Positions 37,291 to 51,371 of a stretch of DNA of 64,000 nucleotides are shown here, in pieces. Made by a program: the position numbers and the translations under genes. Source of the stretch: Camelus ferus (Eukaryota); NCBI RefSeq assembly GCF_009834535.1, contig NC_045707.1:64110001-64174000 (forward strand), read 5' to 3'. Below the pieces are notes generated by a model that was not told the origin of the DNA, made no database searches, and saw only the letters and a list, made by a program, of their open reading frames with translations. Positions within the stretch are counted from its first letter, which is position 1. Each line of letters begins with the position of its first letter.

Positions 37291-37449
37291 GAGCAGTGGT
37301 TTCTAAATATATCTCACAGAGCCGTAGTCATTAGAGGAATTTCATGAGGAATCGAGAGGGTGCAGATGGGGGTCCATCATACCCCACCTTTAATCAAAGA
37401 GTTCAGTTTTCATTTGCTTTATATATTAGGATCTGAAATGACCTCCGGG

Positions 37450-37860
37450 GCACAGACCTTTAGTTAATCTTCTAAAATGTCTTCTGTCCCTCTACAGTAA
37501 TTGAGTTTTAGCTGAGCATGTGAATGTCAATAGTAAGCACTACAACTCCCAGCCTCCTTTCCATCTGGGTAAGGCCATGTTTCTGGCCAATGGGATAGGA
37601 GCAGACTGATGTTTACCAAATTCAGGTTGTACCTGAAATAGGAATTTGGTGATGAGTAATCCAGGACCACAAGGACAAAGATATGACACAAGTAATGGCT
37701 GAGCAACATGCTAGAAGGACCCTGGGTTCCCCAATGACTTTATAGAGCAGTTTGCCTACTTCTGCAGTGTTACAGGAAAGATTAACTTCAGTCTCGTTTA
37801 AGCCCACACATGAATTTGGGTCTCTAGTATACACATCTAAAGCTGTATCTGAATTAAAAC
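37450..37860 (+). mobile_element. Old MaLR LTR (MLT1-like)
   Basis: actacaactcccagcctccttt...gtttctggccaatgggata...gtttaagcc...atttgggtctct. Confidence 0.6.
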
Positions 37861-39780
37861 AACCTCTTAGGTCTTTCAAACTCCCAAATTCTCTGATTAT
37901 TTTACCCCTGGTTGATTTTGAATTGGAATATGGTTGAGTAATTTTGAGGGAAAAAAGACAAATTGTTGTTCTAAACTTTCTGAATTGCTTCCTTGAAAGC
38001 TTTTTTTTTTTTTTTTTTACTGAGTGGAACTTGAATTTATTTTCAGTCATGCACATGGTTCTATTTTTATGAAATCATTATGCAAAAATGCCAATGACCT
38101 AATGTATATTGAGCAGGGAGTATATGTTTTATTTCCTTCTAAATGATCAAGTGTTACAAACACCCTTTGCAGTTTCATTTCATCCAGAGAATGAATTTGC
38201 CCCAGAGGAGTGGAGTCAAATGTGCCAAATAAATGATGTGAGTGTGCTCTGTTTAACCATGTAGATGGCTGGAGTAGAAGAAGATAAAATTACTAGGCTG
38301 CCCAAGAGAGGTCTTTGAGGTAGGCTGTTTCAGGCTCAATTTAAACTCTGGCAATGATGGTCCCTAAAACTTGGACTGAAATAATTGCTGTTATAAATAG
38401 AGAAGATTTCATAAGTCTGACAAAACAGACAATTTCTATGGCAATGAATTTTATTTTATTTTTAAAATAATGTACCTGAGTGGAGATGACTAATGTAGCT
38501 TATCATTTTGAGCACATATAGCTGCCTAACAAAACTTATGGATTGTTCAAGATAAAAATATCCAAGTCAAAGCAACCCTGGATGTCACTCAAATGATGCC
38601 TTGGAAATGATATTTTTAGTAAGTTCAACATACATCCTCCTCCCTTCCCAAAACCTGTTACATAATGTTTAGAAGATCCTGGGAAATTTTCAAATCCTAA
38701 AATTTGGAACTAAGAGTAGCTACCTGTAGAGATGTCAAGGTTAGAGCTGGTTCCGATGAGATTCACATGTTGGAACAGATATGTCCTTGATCTTTGGAAA
38801 ATAAAACTCTTCCTTCATGATGCTGATGAAGTTCGAAGTGACATAAGCATCTTGCATCAATAAACTACTCCTTGAGCATAAACACATTCTTTTTGATAAA
38901 TAGATCGTCATAAAGAAAGTTATAGCTATTTTGCTTTAATGATTTAATTCAGCTTTCAAATGTCCCCAGGTTGCTCACTTCAAAATTTACCTTGATGAAG
39001 TACAAGGGACCATTCTCATAACAGTTGGGCAGAGTAAAACATTCATTTTTAAGGTGTGACTTAATCTAAAAACACATCCTTACAGAATTAAAAGAGGAAC
39101 CTGTTACCCATCTTCTCTGTGGGTCAGATCAGAATATTTGGAGGATTTGTTTAAAAGGCCTTAGATAACTTCTTTGTGCCCAAATGGCCAGAAGAGATTC
39201 TTTTTCTTTGGTCGAATTTCAGAATTGAGTACGTATTCTCAAGACTTACTGAGGAAAATCTTAATATTGCTCCCTAATTTGCTGACTCAGAAAATGAAAT
39301 AATGGGTGAAAAATCAACATCTCTCAGGGGAGTTTATGAATAGACACTGGACCCTTTGATTTCATTCTGAAATAAATGTGTTTAACTGTAAAATCTCCTT
39401 TTTTATCATACATAACAGTGAACTAGAGAGCCGTCTGGTCTTGTATGTTTACATGTTATGCATGCTCACATCCTGAAACTTCTCTTGTATTTCCACCTAT
39501 GTACATATAAAGAGAAGGAGCCTTCTCATACTAAAATAATGATGATTTGGGTTCTGGTTTGTTACTTATTTTTATCTTTGATAGTCCTTTTGCTTTTCCA
39601 TGCCTCAGTTTCCCCACCAAAACAGTGGAGAGATATGCTTTCCTAATTATTTCCCGGGCTGTTGTCATGAGAAACTCATGGTCATTTTACATCAAAAAAT
39701 GCCACCGAGTAACTAGGTGGCTACTTTGAGCAAACATTGAAATAGATGCTCTATTATAAAATAAGATGCTTTATTCTGAG

Positions 39781-40255
39781 TGTAGTTAAATCTTGCCTGT
39801 TGGCAGCCTTGCAAAAGAGCCTCTCAGAGCACCCATTGCAGGAGGTGTGACTAGCAGGTGGCCCCAGCTGCCACACTCGAAATCCACCACCGCTTCCACA
39901 TGGAAGCCACACTTACCATGGGCTGCTTCAAGTCTGTGACTGAACATGCTAGAATTACTGAGACAGGGCGATTCCGGGAAGGGAAAGAGCTCTGGTGGGA
40001 GGCTTCTGTCTCAAGGACTTCCCATCAAGCTCCCTGAACTTCCTTAAACTTGCATTGCAGTCTCAGATGATTCCCCATCCAAGCCCACATCCTTCCCTCT
40101 TCCCATCACAGGAGTCAGGCTTGCATCACGGTCCAGTCTGACAGTTCTCTGAGCCTCCCCCAGAGCCCTTCCTCATTCTCCCTCCTAGAAATTTTCCTCC
40201 ATTAAATCTTTCCTATAACGAATCCCATCTTGACATCTGCTTTTACACAATACCT
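39781..40255 (+). mobile_element. ERVL solo LTR (LTR16-like)
   Basis: Starts with tgt. Contains ccccagctgcc, tcacaggagtcaggcttgcatcacggtc and attaaatctt...atcccatcttgacatctgctt. Confidence 0.7.
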
Positions 40256-40789
40256 TTTTGAAGAGTAATCCCTTCGAGAATACCTTGTGAGATTTTCCTG
40301 TGGCTTTGTAATCTGGTAGCTACGTTTCCTATCAATCTGTAGTATCCATTTACATGGGCATAAGCAATCATCTATTTTATACCAGTATAACAACACAGAC
40401 ATTTCCAACTATTAATTTTTTTTCTTTAAGGATTACAGGAATGGTTTGTAAGGAACACTTCTGACGCTTTTTATGATACTATTTCAAAAGAGCTTGAGTA
40501 ACTATCCTCTTAAGAATAATAAGGATAACATGAAAACAAAGGAAACATGCATACATGGCATGGTTTTATGCCATTGTGACTATTTCTTTCTCTTATTCCT
40601 CCCCAAACACCCATCAAAATAGCAGAAGCAAAGCCAATGGAAAGAATTTTTTTTCCTTTATAACAAGGATCTAATTATTAGACCAGCTCACATGAGCAAA
40701 GTAAAGTGAAAATTTAAGGATAATTCAGGCACAAGTTCTGTTTTCATTGAATTAGCAGAATAATTGTGGCTGCTAGTTAAACAAAAATT

Positions 40790-41440
40790 GTTTTCAGCCC
40801 TTTTCTTACACATAGCTTTTATATACTCAATCATACTGCACTTAAAACGTTGTATTTCTTATTTTTCCACTTATATCATAAGCTCATTTTTCTATTGCTT
40901 CTTAACCATGCTCACAAAATGATAAAATAATCTGATTAGAGGATACATCGTGTCTTACATAGGTATATTTTATTGAATATTTAAATTGCTTCTAATTTTT
41001 TACTGCTGAAAATAATGTGCTCTGTGTAGCTTTATAAAGCTCTCATTTTTGTAGCTGTTTGTTTAAGGTGAATTCCTAAGGGAATACCCATGAAGATTAC
41101 ATATTAATTTGTTTCAAAACCATTTGGATTGATTTACACCTCCCACACCAATTATATGAGATTATTCCTTTCATCACACCCTTCCTAAGATGCTAACATT
41201 AGAAAACAAAATCTCCAAGTCATTTTGCATGGAAAAGAGGACATTGCACTGAAGTGTGGTTGGTTGCCCATATGTTTATTATGGAGTCCTATTTACACTT
41301 TTAGGAACTATTACACATTTGTATATTGAACATTTTCCTTATTTGTATGAGTCTTTAGCTCATAAATAAGTTACTCTTCATCTATGATATTGGTACCTAT
41401 ATCCACACCCCCTCAATTTGTTGTATCTGCATTTTTCTCT
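40790..41440 (-). mobile_element. Old L1 (L1ME-like) fragment
   Basis: ttaaattgcttctaattttttactgctg...gatttacacctcccacacca...attcctttcatcacacccttcc. Confidence 0.55.
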
Positions 41441-41459
41441 GTTTCTTTGTGTTTTCCCT

Positions 41460-42150
41460 TATTCATTCTTCATGCTCAATTAGCATCTATTGAACACTTA
41501 CGTTTTGTCAGGCTCAGTACTGGGAGCTGAAGATACAATGTTAAACAAAGACAGACATGATTTGTGCTTCTTGTAGCTTCTACAGTATATTAGGAGTAAT
41601 GGAAAATTAAACAAGCAGTTATCAAAAACATACGATACGTGCTAGATTAGGGACCTAGGTGGCAGGAGGCTGTTGGTGTTCTTTACAGGTCATCTAACTC
41701 AATTTAGAGGGATGAAGGAAATGCAGGTGGGTAGAGATGGAAATGGGAGATGGAGCCCTTAAAGAGACTGGAGAGGGCAGAAGAAGGCAAGGTTGGAGCA
41801 ATTTAAGTCACGGTAGGAGTTTGGTTTTTATTATAAGGACTACGGGAGGTAATTTAATGGTTGTTTAGTAGAAGAAAAACATGATCTTATTTATTTTAGA
41901 AAGAGCATTCTGGCTGCTGTATGGAGAATGGCTGTAAAGAGAGCAAGCCTGGAGACAGACCTGGCGCAACAACCCGGGTAAGAGCCAGTGATGGCCTGGA
42001 TGGGCACTGTGTCAACGGGCACATTCCAGAAATGGTTAGGGACTAGAATCCAAAGGACCCGGGGTTGGGATGTGGGCAGCAAAGGGAGATGGCAGATTCC
42101 CAGGCATCTGACTTAAGTAGCTAAGTGACGGTGCCATTTTGCAAGTTAGC
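41460..42150 (-). mobile_element. L2 LINE fragment
   Basis: attcattcttcat...tattgaacacttacgttttgtcaggctcagtactgggagctgaagatacaatg...cattctggctgctgtatggagaatgg. Confidence 0.8.
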
Positions 42151-44330
42151 AGGAAGGAAGCTGTAGAGTTTTAAAGGCCATGTACGCATATAATAACATT
42201 CTTGGCAACTTGTTATTATGTAATATTAATCAATTCATCGCCATCTTTTTTTAGTAAATTTTTGAATTTCTTTTGGCCTTCATTAAATGGAGATTTGTGA
42301 TCTGCTTTAAGAGAGAATTTCTGGTCATTCTAAATAACCAAAAGTTAGGTTATCCACTGGGATTACCCAGACTGATGAGAGACTGCTGGGTCTAATTACC
42401 CAATTCTGACAATCCTAAAGTGAGGTTCAAGATTTAGTTGATAATAATGACAAAGATATTTTAAAAGAACAAATAATTACTTATTATCTCCAAGGAATAT
42501 AAATAAATAAATGATCCAGAGATTATTTTAAATGTTGCCAGTTTGAAACATCTTTATTATACTTCACACGTGGTCGCCCCTAGTAGGTCAATGTGTTTAT
42601 GGTCCGTCCAGTCTTATACACCTTTAGAATGAGGTGAAAGGGAATATCTGTATGCATGTTAGCTTCTTTGTTGGAGGGGAGAAAACTTTCTTGGAAGGGC
42701 TATTTTTCTCTGTTTTTTTGGAGGGGGAAAGTAAGTGCAGAAAGCAAAAACTTGGGCAATCCTGAAAAATATAGTTAACAAAATAAGATATAAATGAGTT
42801 TGGCAAAAGGTCCTGGAACACAAAACCTTTATTATAGTTATTCACCAGTGTCTTTGGGGCTCACCTACAAGCACTAAAAAATTTGTTTGCTAAACAGTAG
42901 TTGGGAATATTTCTTGTACTTTATAACTTTCTTAATGGATCATTTGGAAGCTAAATAAATTCCTATTGGGAGTATCATGTTCTCAGCTATACTAGACTCT
43001 TAAGCGTAATGTATGCTTCTGAAACTGGTTATGATAACTTTAAACCCCAAGCATTAAAATAGCTCGATCACTCTCTGTCTCCCTTGCATTCTCTCTGTGG
43101 TCTTGTAGAACACTGCTACAAGTTCAATTTCGTGTCCTGCAAATGTCCACACTAAATAATAATTTAATATTCCTTGGATTTACTATTCAGTCTGTGCTTT
43201 CATGAAAGAAAACAAATGGCTTTGGAAAGGGCATAGAGCATGCCAGTGAATGTGGGTGACCGGCAGGGTTCTTATTGCCTAACCATAGCCCACAGTGAAA
43301 CATTTCTCAAAAAAATTATTTGGTCTATCCTGTCAAAACTAGCTAAGAGTCACATACAAGGCATTTGTTTTCCATCTCGTGGACAGCTCGAATGGCCAGC
43401 TGGCTAAAATAATTATGTGACTTGCACATTCAGTTTGAAGGCTACTTGGTCAAACCAGAAATCACGTCTCTAAGACAGGGAATTAAGAGTTGTATTATTA
43501 ACTTGATTTATAATATATACATCATATTCATATATATTATATATCATGTACATACATTATATATATATGAATATATATTCATAATAGAAATATTATACTT
43601 CAACTAATTTTCTGAGCACCAAGGCTCTTTGAACTGAAGCTCCTAGTCTGCTTTCTGTTTAACTGTGAAACAATGCAACAATCGAGTTTCTCAGTTTTTT
43701 CACTTTAAGTCAACTCAGTAGGCAGTAGGCAATAAGCCGTAGGCAATACATTCTGCAGGCTGTGGTGGGAATCTCCTAATGTGGTATAAAATGGGCTTCT
43801 GAGTTTTAGAGGAACAGTTTGTCCCTAGTTTTTTGCTGGTGATAAGGCAATTGTGAGTAGTGCCACGATTCCTTGAGTCAAATGATTTTTTTTAATACGT
43901 TTCAGGGTTGGGGTGGGGTGGAGTGGTGAGGAGAAACCTTGTCTCATGTACAATTGGCTCCTGAATTAGTTTTTAATTTAGCAAAGCAACTGACTTTAAT
44001 CTTTCTTAGAATTTTGCAACTTTATATTACTTCAGTGCTTAAACTGAAAACAGCACACTCCTTTGGTGACTTTTTGGGAAGTGACGGAAAACTCATGATA
44101 GAATCCAGTCTCATCAGCTTTGTCATCAGAATTGTGATAGTATCATTGAAGGTTTGAAATTTCAAATGATTATCTTTCCGACCTCCACGTATATGGTTTC
44201 ATAATCCTGTGAACTGTGAACACTGTGGAAAGGGAACTTTTTGCATTTAACATAGTTTAGATAGAGTTCAGGCATGTTGATGAGAAATACAAAATACTTG
44301 AAATGATTGTGCACTTAAGAGCTTACCAAC

Positions 44331-44540
44331 TTAACAGACACACATTATATAATATAGATAAACAATAGGGACCTACTATATAGCACAGGGAACTATATTC
44401 AATTTCTCATAGTGAGCCATAATGGAAAAGAAACTGAAAAAAAAATGTAAGTATATGTGTAACTGAATCAGTTTTGTTGTACACCTGAAACTAACATTGT
44501 AAATTGACTACACTTCAATAAAAAATAAGAATTTATAAAT
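44331..44540 (+). mobile_element. 5'-truncated cetartiodactyl-type L1 (3' end only)
   Basis: gacctactatatagcacagggaactatattcaa...gtacacctgaaactaacattgtaaattgactacacttcaataaaaaa. Perfect 14-bp TSD aagagcttaccaac at 44317-44330 and 44541-44554, at a TT/AAGA endonuclease-type site. Confidence 0.95.
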
Positions 44541-46809
44541 AAGAGCTTACCAACCAAAGATAGGCAAGACAAAAATCCTTTTCTTCAATGAATGTTAACC
44601 AGAATTCTGGATCCCAAGAGAAGGGATCTTTGGGTTATGTGAAGAAGGATGAAAAAGGTTTTTTTCCTATTTTTGGATTAGCAAAACAAAATTTTGAAAC
44701 ATATAATATTTAATTTTGGCATTGCCTCACCTTACTTTCTATAGTTCTTTCCTTCCATCAAACCTCAGTCCTTAGAACTTCTAAGTTACCATCAGTGCCC
44801 CACTGCAACATGCTATTAATATCTAACCCCTTGCCTCCAACCAATGACTCCATATGCCATGGTTATCTGCCTTCCTTAATCCATTCAAAACTCCCAGTCC
44901 TGAGTGCAGTTCACTCAACACATCATTAAGTGGAAAGCAATTGGGTCAAGCAAATCATTCTTAAAACGTAATAGGGAAATAGTCACATAACTTTCCAAAT
45001 GCTATTTACATTTTAAAGAGAAGATGCTTTTCTAACCTAGATGAATCTAGGATTAATGTTGTTCTGACGAGGAAAACAGTTAGGGTCAGCTCCCCTAAGC
45101 TGGTTGTATTTAGTTTTTTCTCTTCCTTTTTCCTGTAAAGTGTTTAGAAGACACAATTTTTTTTTTTCATAATGGCTGCCAAAGTAATAGGAGAGGGGGA
45201 ATCTGGTTCAAAAGGTAGGATATGTGTGGGACAGTCATTTCTATGCATGGGTGGAGTATATGGTATGTGTTTGTAAGTATGAAGACTATCTGATCATAAC
45301 AGAGTAACGAGGAAAGCTGTTTACCAAATCTGAAACCCCTACAAAGAGGTTTAAGTTTAACAGATTTTTTATGTAAGTTCTTTATGTACTACAGCATGCT
45401 TATAGAGTAATAAAACATGCTGCATTTGATTAAAGCTCAACATAAAAGCTGGCTCTTTAAAATTGTGTGTGCGATTCGTCCATCCGGTTTCAGTGGGGGA
45501 GAGGGTGCCAAGATTCTTTCTTCTACCCCTGTTTCTTCTCCACTGAAAACTGGATCATATTTATTTAATCATCTTTCAGTTACTTTGAATGACCCAAATG
45601 TAATGTCACGCCACATCCCAAGAACCCCCAAGTCAGTAAATACTACCTTAAGATCAAAGAATTAGTTTAACAACAAGGAAACACACTGACCCTGACACCA
45701 GCTTCAGTTGTGCATGGGAGCAATACAGCAAACTCAACCTTGTGGGTATAAATTAGGAGAAAGTTTCTCCAAGGAGAAAGACTGGAAATCAAGAGCTGTG
45801 ATGGATAGTTATAGAATAATTGGCTAGAAACTACATTTCTCTCTATAAAAATTCCCATAATATGCAGGTTTTTCTTGGCTGGAAGAAAGAGACTTTGCAA
45901 GCAGTAGCATCCAATGCTTTTCAGTAACGATAATGGGAAAATCATAAGATTCAAATTCATTTTAAAAGCTTTTCTGGGAGTGTTTAAGATTGCTAACATT
46001 TTTTTTCTCCTATGAAAAAAATAAAGTGAATGTATATTGAGTTCCCTATATAACAGCCTTATTCATAGGTAATGTAGGAAGTTAAATGTTTCCCACCAAA
46101 AACGTTTTTCCTCTGGCTTCCCCAGAGCTGGAAAATCCACTATTAAAGATTTATAGTTTTGGCTTAAGCTTCCTGGTTATTCCTGTTGTCTTCTTTCAAA
46201 GACAAAATGTATCCAAGTAGGAAAATTTGTGAAGGGTCATGGTTTTAAGGAGCACATCTAAATTCATTTATTTATTAAGTCAGCAACAAGCTATTAAATG
46301 ACTCTTGTGTGTCAGGGACACCACTAGCACTGAGGATGAAAGAAAAAGGTAAGGTTCCTGCCCTCAAGGTGCAAATAGTCTTTTTTTTTTTCTTTTCAAA
46401 TTTTTTATTATATCGGTGCGAATAATCTTTTAATCCTTAGCTTTAGCTGCACTAGAATCATGCATTTTAGCAGCACATAGAATCAACCAGTGTCATTGGT
46501 ATGAACTTTTGGTCCATCAGTCTCTCTAGCTCAATATATTGGTGATGAAACTTACCTTTTCTTACAAATTGGCCACACTTTTCACCTTTTCTTAATTTCA
46601 CTGATGTACCACCTTTCCCAGGCAATGGAACTTTTCCTGACAACTCAACTCCACATTAATCTTTCCCTTCTCAAAACTTCACTGCATTAAACTCAAAATC
46701 ACACAGATTAATACTCAACTGTTCTCTAATTATTCAATGCATGATCCATTTGCTTCCCAGCTATGTTATAAAATGCTTAAAGGCAAAGATCACTTTTATA
46801 TCCTCTAAA

Positions 46810-47010
46810 CCAGAGGTTCTTCAAATGTAGATCCTATAACAAACCGCTCAGATAATGTGATTAAGCCAAAATTTGAGAACCACTGCTCTAGACCATTGTG
46901 TCTCAAATTCTAATGTGTTTACAAGTCACTTGGGGATTATGTTAAAATGCAGATTCCAATTTAGTTGGTCTGAGATTCTTCATTTCTAATAGCTCACAGA
47001 TAATGCTGAT
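46810..47010. mobile_element. MER5-like hAT MITE fragments
   Basis: aaatttgagaaccactgctctaga; tcacttggggattatgttaaaatgcagattcc...ctgagattcttcatttctaa. Confidence 0.65.
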
Positions 47011-49017
47011 GCTTTGGGGATAGTCTGGAGAGCAAAGAAAGACAGCTTTTGGTTCCAGGAAAAGAGTTTGGGCCATGGGGAGATGTTCAACAAATATTTA
47101 GTGATTTCAATCAAAACTACCTTAATGTGAACTAGTCTATACAACTGATTGAATAAATGCATCTACAACTGAGAGAAAGAGCATTAAGAAAGATGAGGGG
47201 AGCAAAGGAAGATAAAATTTACCTATGTAACAATTTTACCCAAAGATTACCTGAACGCCCAATCTGACACATTTAAAAAGTCTAATTTTGTTTTCTAATC
47301 TCTTGTATATATTTGTTTCTAAATATCCGTGTACTCACATGCAAATATGCTAATCTTATCCTTGGAAAAAAGCATATCTATAGGATTTGTCACAGTGCCA
47401 GCCACTTAATTTGACATAAACTCATTAAACTGAGTTCCCCTAAGCAGACCCTTCCTTTTAGGTACAGAAAAAAAAGTTATCTTTCTCTGATAATTTTTAA
47501 AGCATAGCACTGAGATTATACAATATCTGAAACAGCTGATGGGTATTCTAAATACTGCCCTTAAAGGAATGTAGTAGTTCAATGGCAAATGGAAGAGAAG
47601 AAAGTACATACTGTAAAAGAACCAGCTGGTGCAGAGACGTACATGATTAATCATTAAGCCTTTTCAGGGATACATGAATGAAATAATGAACATCAGTGTT
47701 CTGGCCCCGATGAGTTTTGTATTAAATATGACAACAGTAGCATTGTTTTTCTGCTATTTCAGAACTACACTTTCTTAACACAAAACACTGTCATGCCTGG
47801 TACATGGTGCACTCACCAAGCAGTCAAAAGCAATTAAGTGAATGGTTTGGACCAAGTCAATTTTTATACATTCCATGCACATTGAAAACACAAGTTCAAA
47901 TAAACCTCAAACAAGACTTAAATTTAATAATGAATGGGTTTTATATTTCGTGAGACTCAAGTACAGGCAAGTAACACCTACAGCACGTTACTCTACATCT
48001 GTGGCAAAGTTGGAATAAATAGTTAGTTACTTAAATGATCCACTTCTGCCAAGATCCATCAATGTTATGAACTTCTTTGAAATTATGGCAAAAACAGTGC
48101 TTTTATTACAATATTTTTTAATCACGAAGAGGAAGAAAGGACAAAAGTAACACGATTTCCCTTTGGTGACTCAGATTTGTGGAAGCCTGTCCAATATTTT
48201 CACCTCTGACTAAGGTGGAACTTGTTCACAAGGGCATGATGAGCATTCAGTTCAGGAACCAGCTGTATGATTCAGAGCAAAAAATAAGTGGACCAACTCA
48301 CACCCCACATCAAACCAGAACTGAAAGCTTTCCAGGGTTTTAAAGCATCTGGAAAAAACCTTTTTAATATTGTCCCTTCATTTGGTCCTATCTTTTTACT
48401 TATTTCTATCCAAGATGGGAAGCGGGGGTAGGCTGAAATGTCATGAGAAAGTTACATTCAGCTGAAGTTTATGTAAGAAGAACCAATGCTTTTTCCTACT
48501 TGACTTCCATTCCAATGTCGCATACTTAAGGGCTGGTCTTCTAAGGGTGCCAGCATTCCCCTGAACCAAAATAAGCAAACATCCAAGTACTCTGAATTCT
48601 CTTCCTCAAAATTATGTTTCATTATCCTGGGATCTTGACAGAATAAAAGAACACTGCTGAATTCTAAAAGGTTTTCACAATTATCTGGATATGCTGTAAT
48701 ATGGAGGAATTTATCCACTGGATTTACCTTTTCCCATTTGAATCCTACCCTGCAAAATTTTTGACAAAATCTGAATTATCTTCTGTAAAAAGAAGCAGCA
48801 ATCATAGGAAATGTTTCTTCTATTCTTCCAGAATCCCCCCACCCATAGCCTAGTCCAGAAGCTTATTGAGGCTTAGTTGATGGAGTTCAGCTACAAGACA
48901 TTGTCCCTGCTGACATGGTCATGTTGTTAGAAATCACTTTGAATGAAGGCATTGAAGGCCCCTGTGAAAACAAGTTGTACTGCTTTTGTGTGTAAGAGAC
49001 CCCAAACAGCTTGAGAC

Positions 49018-49382
49018 TGGAGAACTTTCCACTATGGCCTTTACAAATCTTTGTATCTCCACTCTCACCCCACAGCTGTCCCTTCCCATCCCCTCTTGCA
49101 TGTGACTTTAACCCCTAAATCTTCCTCTTCACCTCACTCAATAAAATCCAGACTGCCCAGACAATGACTCTTATTCCACAGGAGCAATCCCTCTATTCCC
49201 ATTTCTGAAACTATTTGGACTTCAGCCAACCTCTATCCTGCTAAATCTAGCTGAACTTCTGCCAACCCCCTCCTGCTAAAGCCATGCAAAATTTTCCCCT
49301 GTCCTTCTCCAAGTAGAATGCTCCTTTGGAGCCTTCCTTCAGAGCCTTATGCTGATGGCTCTCTAGGTGATTTTCTTCCACA
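49018..49382 (+). repeat. 5' LTR of the ERV (3' boundary tentative)
   Basis: gagaactttccactatggc...tgactttaacccctaa...atccagactgccca...tccacagga aligns with 54372-54556. Possible terminal CA at 49381-49382 before a degenerate PBS-like tttgctgctgagattc. Confidence 0.6.
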
Positions 49383-49649
49383 GTTTTGCTGCTGAGATTC
49401 ATGCAGGATTGGCCTCTTTGCTGCTCAACCAAGACGAGAGGAACCAGTCCCTCTATGGACCAGACCAGTGTCCAGCTGTCTTGGTCTCAAAGTACTGCCT
49501 AAGCCTTTATTCTTCCTCTTTATTATCTTTGGTACATGTCTCTTGGTTTGATTTACTCTACTAACAGAGGTTCTCATAGTCATGGTGGGACCATAGTGCC
49601 AAGGAGATTTTGTTAGTTCTTTCAGACCACCTGAATATAGGTTGAACAT

Positions 49650-50900
49650 TATAAAGACAACAGCACTAAACATTTGAAGCTTTGGGAGTATTTTAGAACT
49701 TCAGTGGCCCTGGGGAACTTGGGATATGAGTAAGACAATGACTTTGCCTGGCACCTTAGCATCAAAAGATTCAAAGATTTCGAATATTCAGTGGTCAACA
49801 ACTTTTTAACTTGTATGAAGAGGCCTCTTAAAGACAAAAACCCTCTAAAAGACAGCAAAATTATAAAATCACTTCTCTTAAGGACTCCTTAGGAAAAGCC
49901 AATAAAAATGTGGAGGATCTAAAAATCCAGCCTTGAGCTCTCTTTGTCCACTTCTGCTCCATCTTTGGATTGGCTGTCCTCCTGGTCCCCTGTATCGCCA
50001 CTTCCTCCTTTCCCCCCATGCTCCTTCTTCTCCCCCTCCTCCTCCCACAACTCCTCACAACCCCCTTCCCTATCCTCCAATGCCCATTCCTAAATATAGC
50101 CCTCTTATTAGAAACTAGCCCCTCATAATATCTTCTGGTGTAGATGGGAATGATTCTACAGCTTTCAACCATGGTGAAGAGCAAATTTTCATAACATAGC
50201 AAAGGACTTTCTGATCCCTCCCAGAGGAAAACAGAAGTTAGTCAAAAGATTTTAAGCATCGTCTTAGGAAGTGATAGCCTGGCCCTGCCTGATCTCTATC
50301 ATTTAGTTCATTTCTTTGTGGGAACCAGTTATGTTAGAACTTGGTTTGAAAGGCAGGATGAATTGTTTACCAAAATGATCTAAAAACTAGGACAAAATTT
50401 AACTATAGGTGGATATAAAAACATAAAAGTAGGATAAGATCTCTTAGCAGCTATTCCTGAGGTCTTTCCTGTCAAAATTCATTGGTCAAAAATCCAATCC
50501 TGTAAGGAAGGGAAAAGAATTGTTCCGTCCTTGATTTCAGGAACAGCGTAATGACCACCTTCCAGGATATTCTTTTCTCAGTCGGAATGAAGATACCACA
50601 AGTGCCCTAACTACCTTCCTTCTTGATGGTTTTAAGCCTGACGTGACAGGTTTATCAGAAAACCGAACATAGGACGGTAGACTGCTTTCTCTCTAAATTA
50701 CAAGAGATTGATGAGCACTTTGAAGATTCTTTGGCTCAGAAAAACAAGATTACAGATTAAATTGATAACTTTTCAAATTCAGCAGTTAGATAAACCCAGG
50801 AACAAAACACCCTATGGCTAGTCTAGACAAAGTTAGCTGTGAACATTAGAAAGAAAAAGGACAGTGGAAAATCCTTGCTCTGCCTTAACTTGGAAGACAG
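49650..50900 (+). pseudogene. gag: ERV gag remnant
   Basis: Matrix-like LELQWPWGTWD (~49692-49726), proline-rich segment (49950-50110), capsid-like YSFQPW*RANFHNIAKDF, and degenerate zinc knuckle CEH*KEKGQWK (~50838-50870). Confidence 0.75.
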
Positions 50901-51029
50901 AATCTAAAATGATAAAGGACCAACTTTGTCTGACAGAATGACTCCCCTTTGAATAAGCAGATCCTCTGGTTTTCCAAAATTGCCCTTAAAACAAAAAGGA
51001 GAAATTTCCAAGCAGTTGCAAAAAAAAAA

Positions 51030-51250
51030 TCTAGGGTCTTCCTTTTTTGATACCAGACCTATACATTCTACCAAAAGCCCAGCTGTCCATCATTCCCTGG
51101 CATAACCCAAACATCTCAATGGCAGGAATCTCAGATACTCCTCTCACTAATCAACATGCTCTTCTGAGTAATAATTCCACTTTGGTGAATCTGTTGCAGT
51201 GAGGGCTACTTTGCAAATGAGGCACCACTCTTAAATGTGGCTGGGACTGG
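51030..51250 (+). pseudogene. pro: ERV protease remnant
   Basis: SFLFDTRPIHST resembles the FLxDTGAxxS active-site motif. A downstream VNLL..GLLCK-like segment resembles PVNLLGRDLL. Confidence 0.65.
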
Positions 51251-51371
51251 AACTTTATGGAAGAGAAGGATTATTTGATGTTGGTACACATTGATTTTTC
51301 CAGTACCACCTGAGCCCCTGCCCGGGACAGACTCATCTAGAATCTTGTGTAACTCTAAAAATGCCTTTCAA

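Noticed and set aside
37622..38056. Longest ORF in the track (144 aa)
   Set aside because: Runs through a poly-T tract and an MLT1-like LTR, with no recognisable domain.
42570..42590. CTCF-like motif (minus cctactaggggcgacc)
   Set aside because: One G short of the AGRKGGC core spacing.
46550..46640. Minus-strand exon candidate ending AAG|GTAAGT
   Set aside because: The acceptor lacks a pyrimidine tract and overlaps L2-like sequence; peptide not recognised.
47346..47360. atgctaatctt match to antisense U6 snRNA
   Set aside because: Only 11 nt with no flanking U6 homology; expected by chance.
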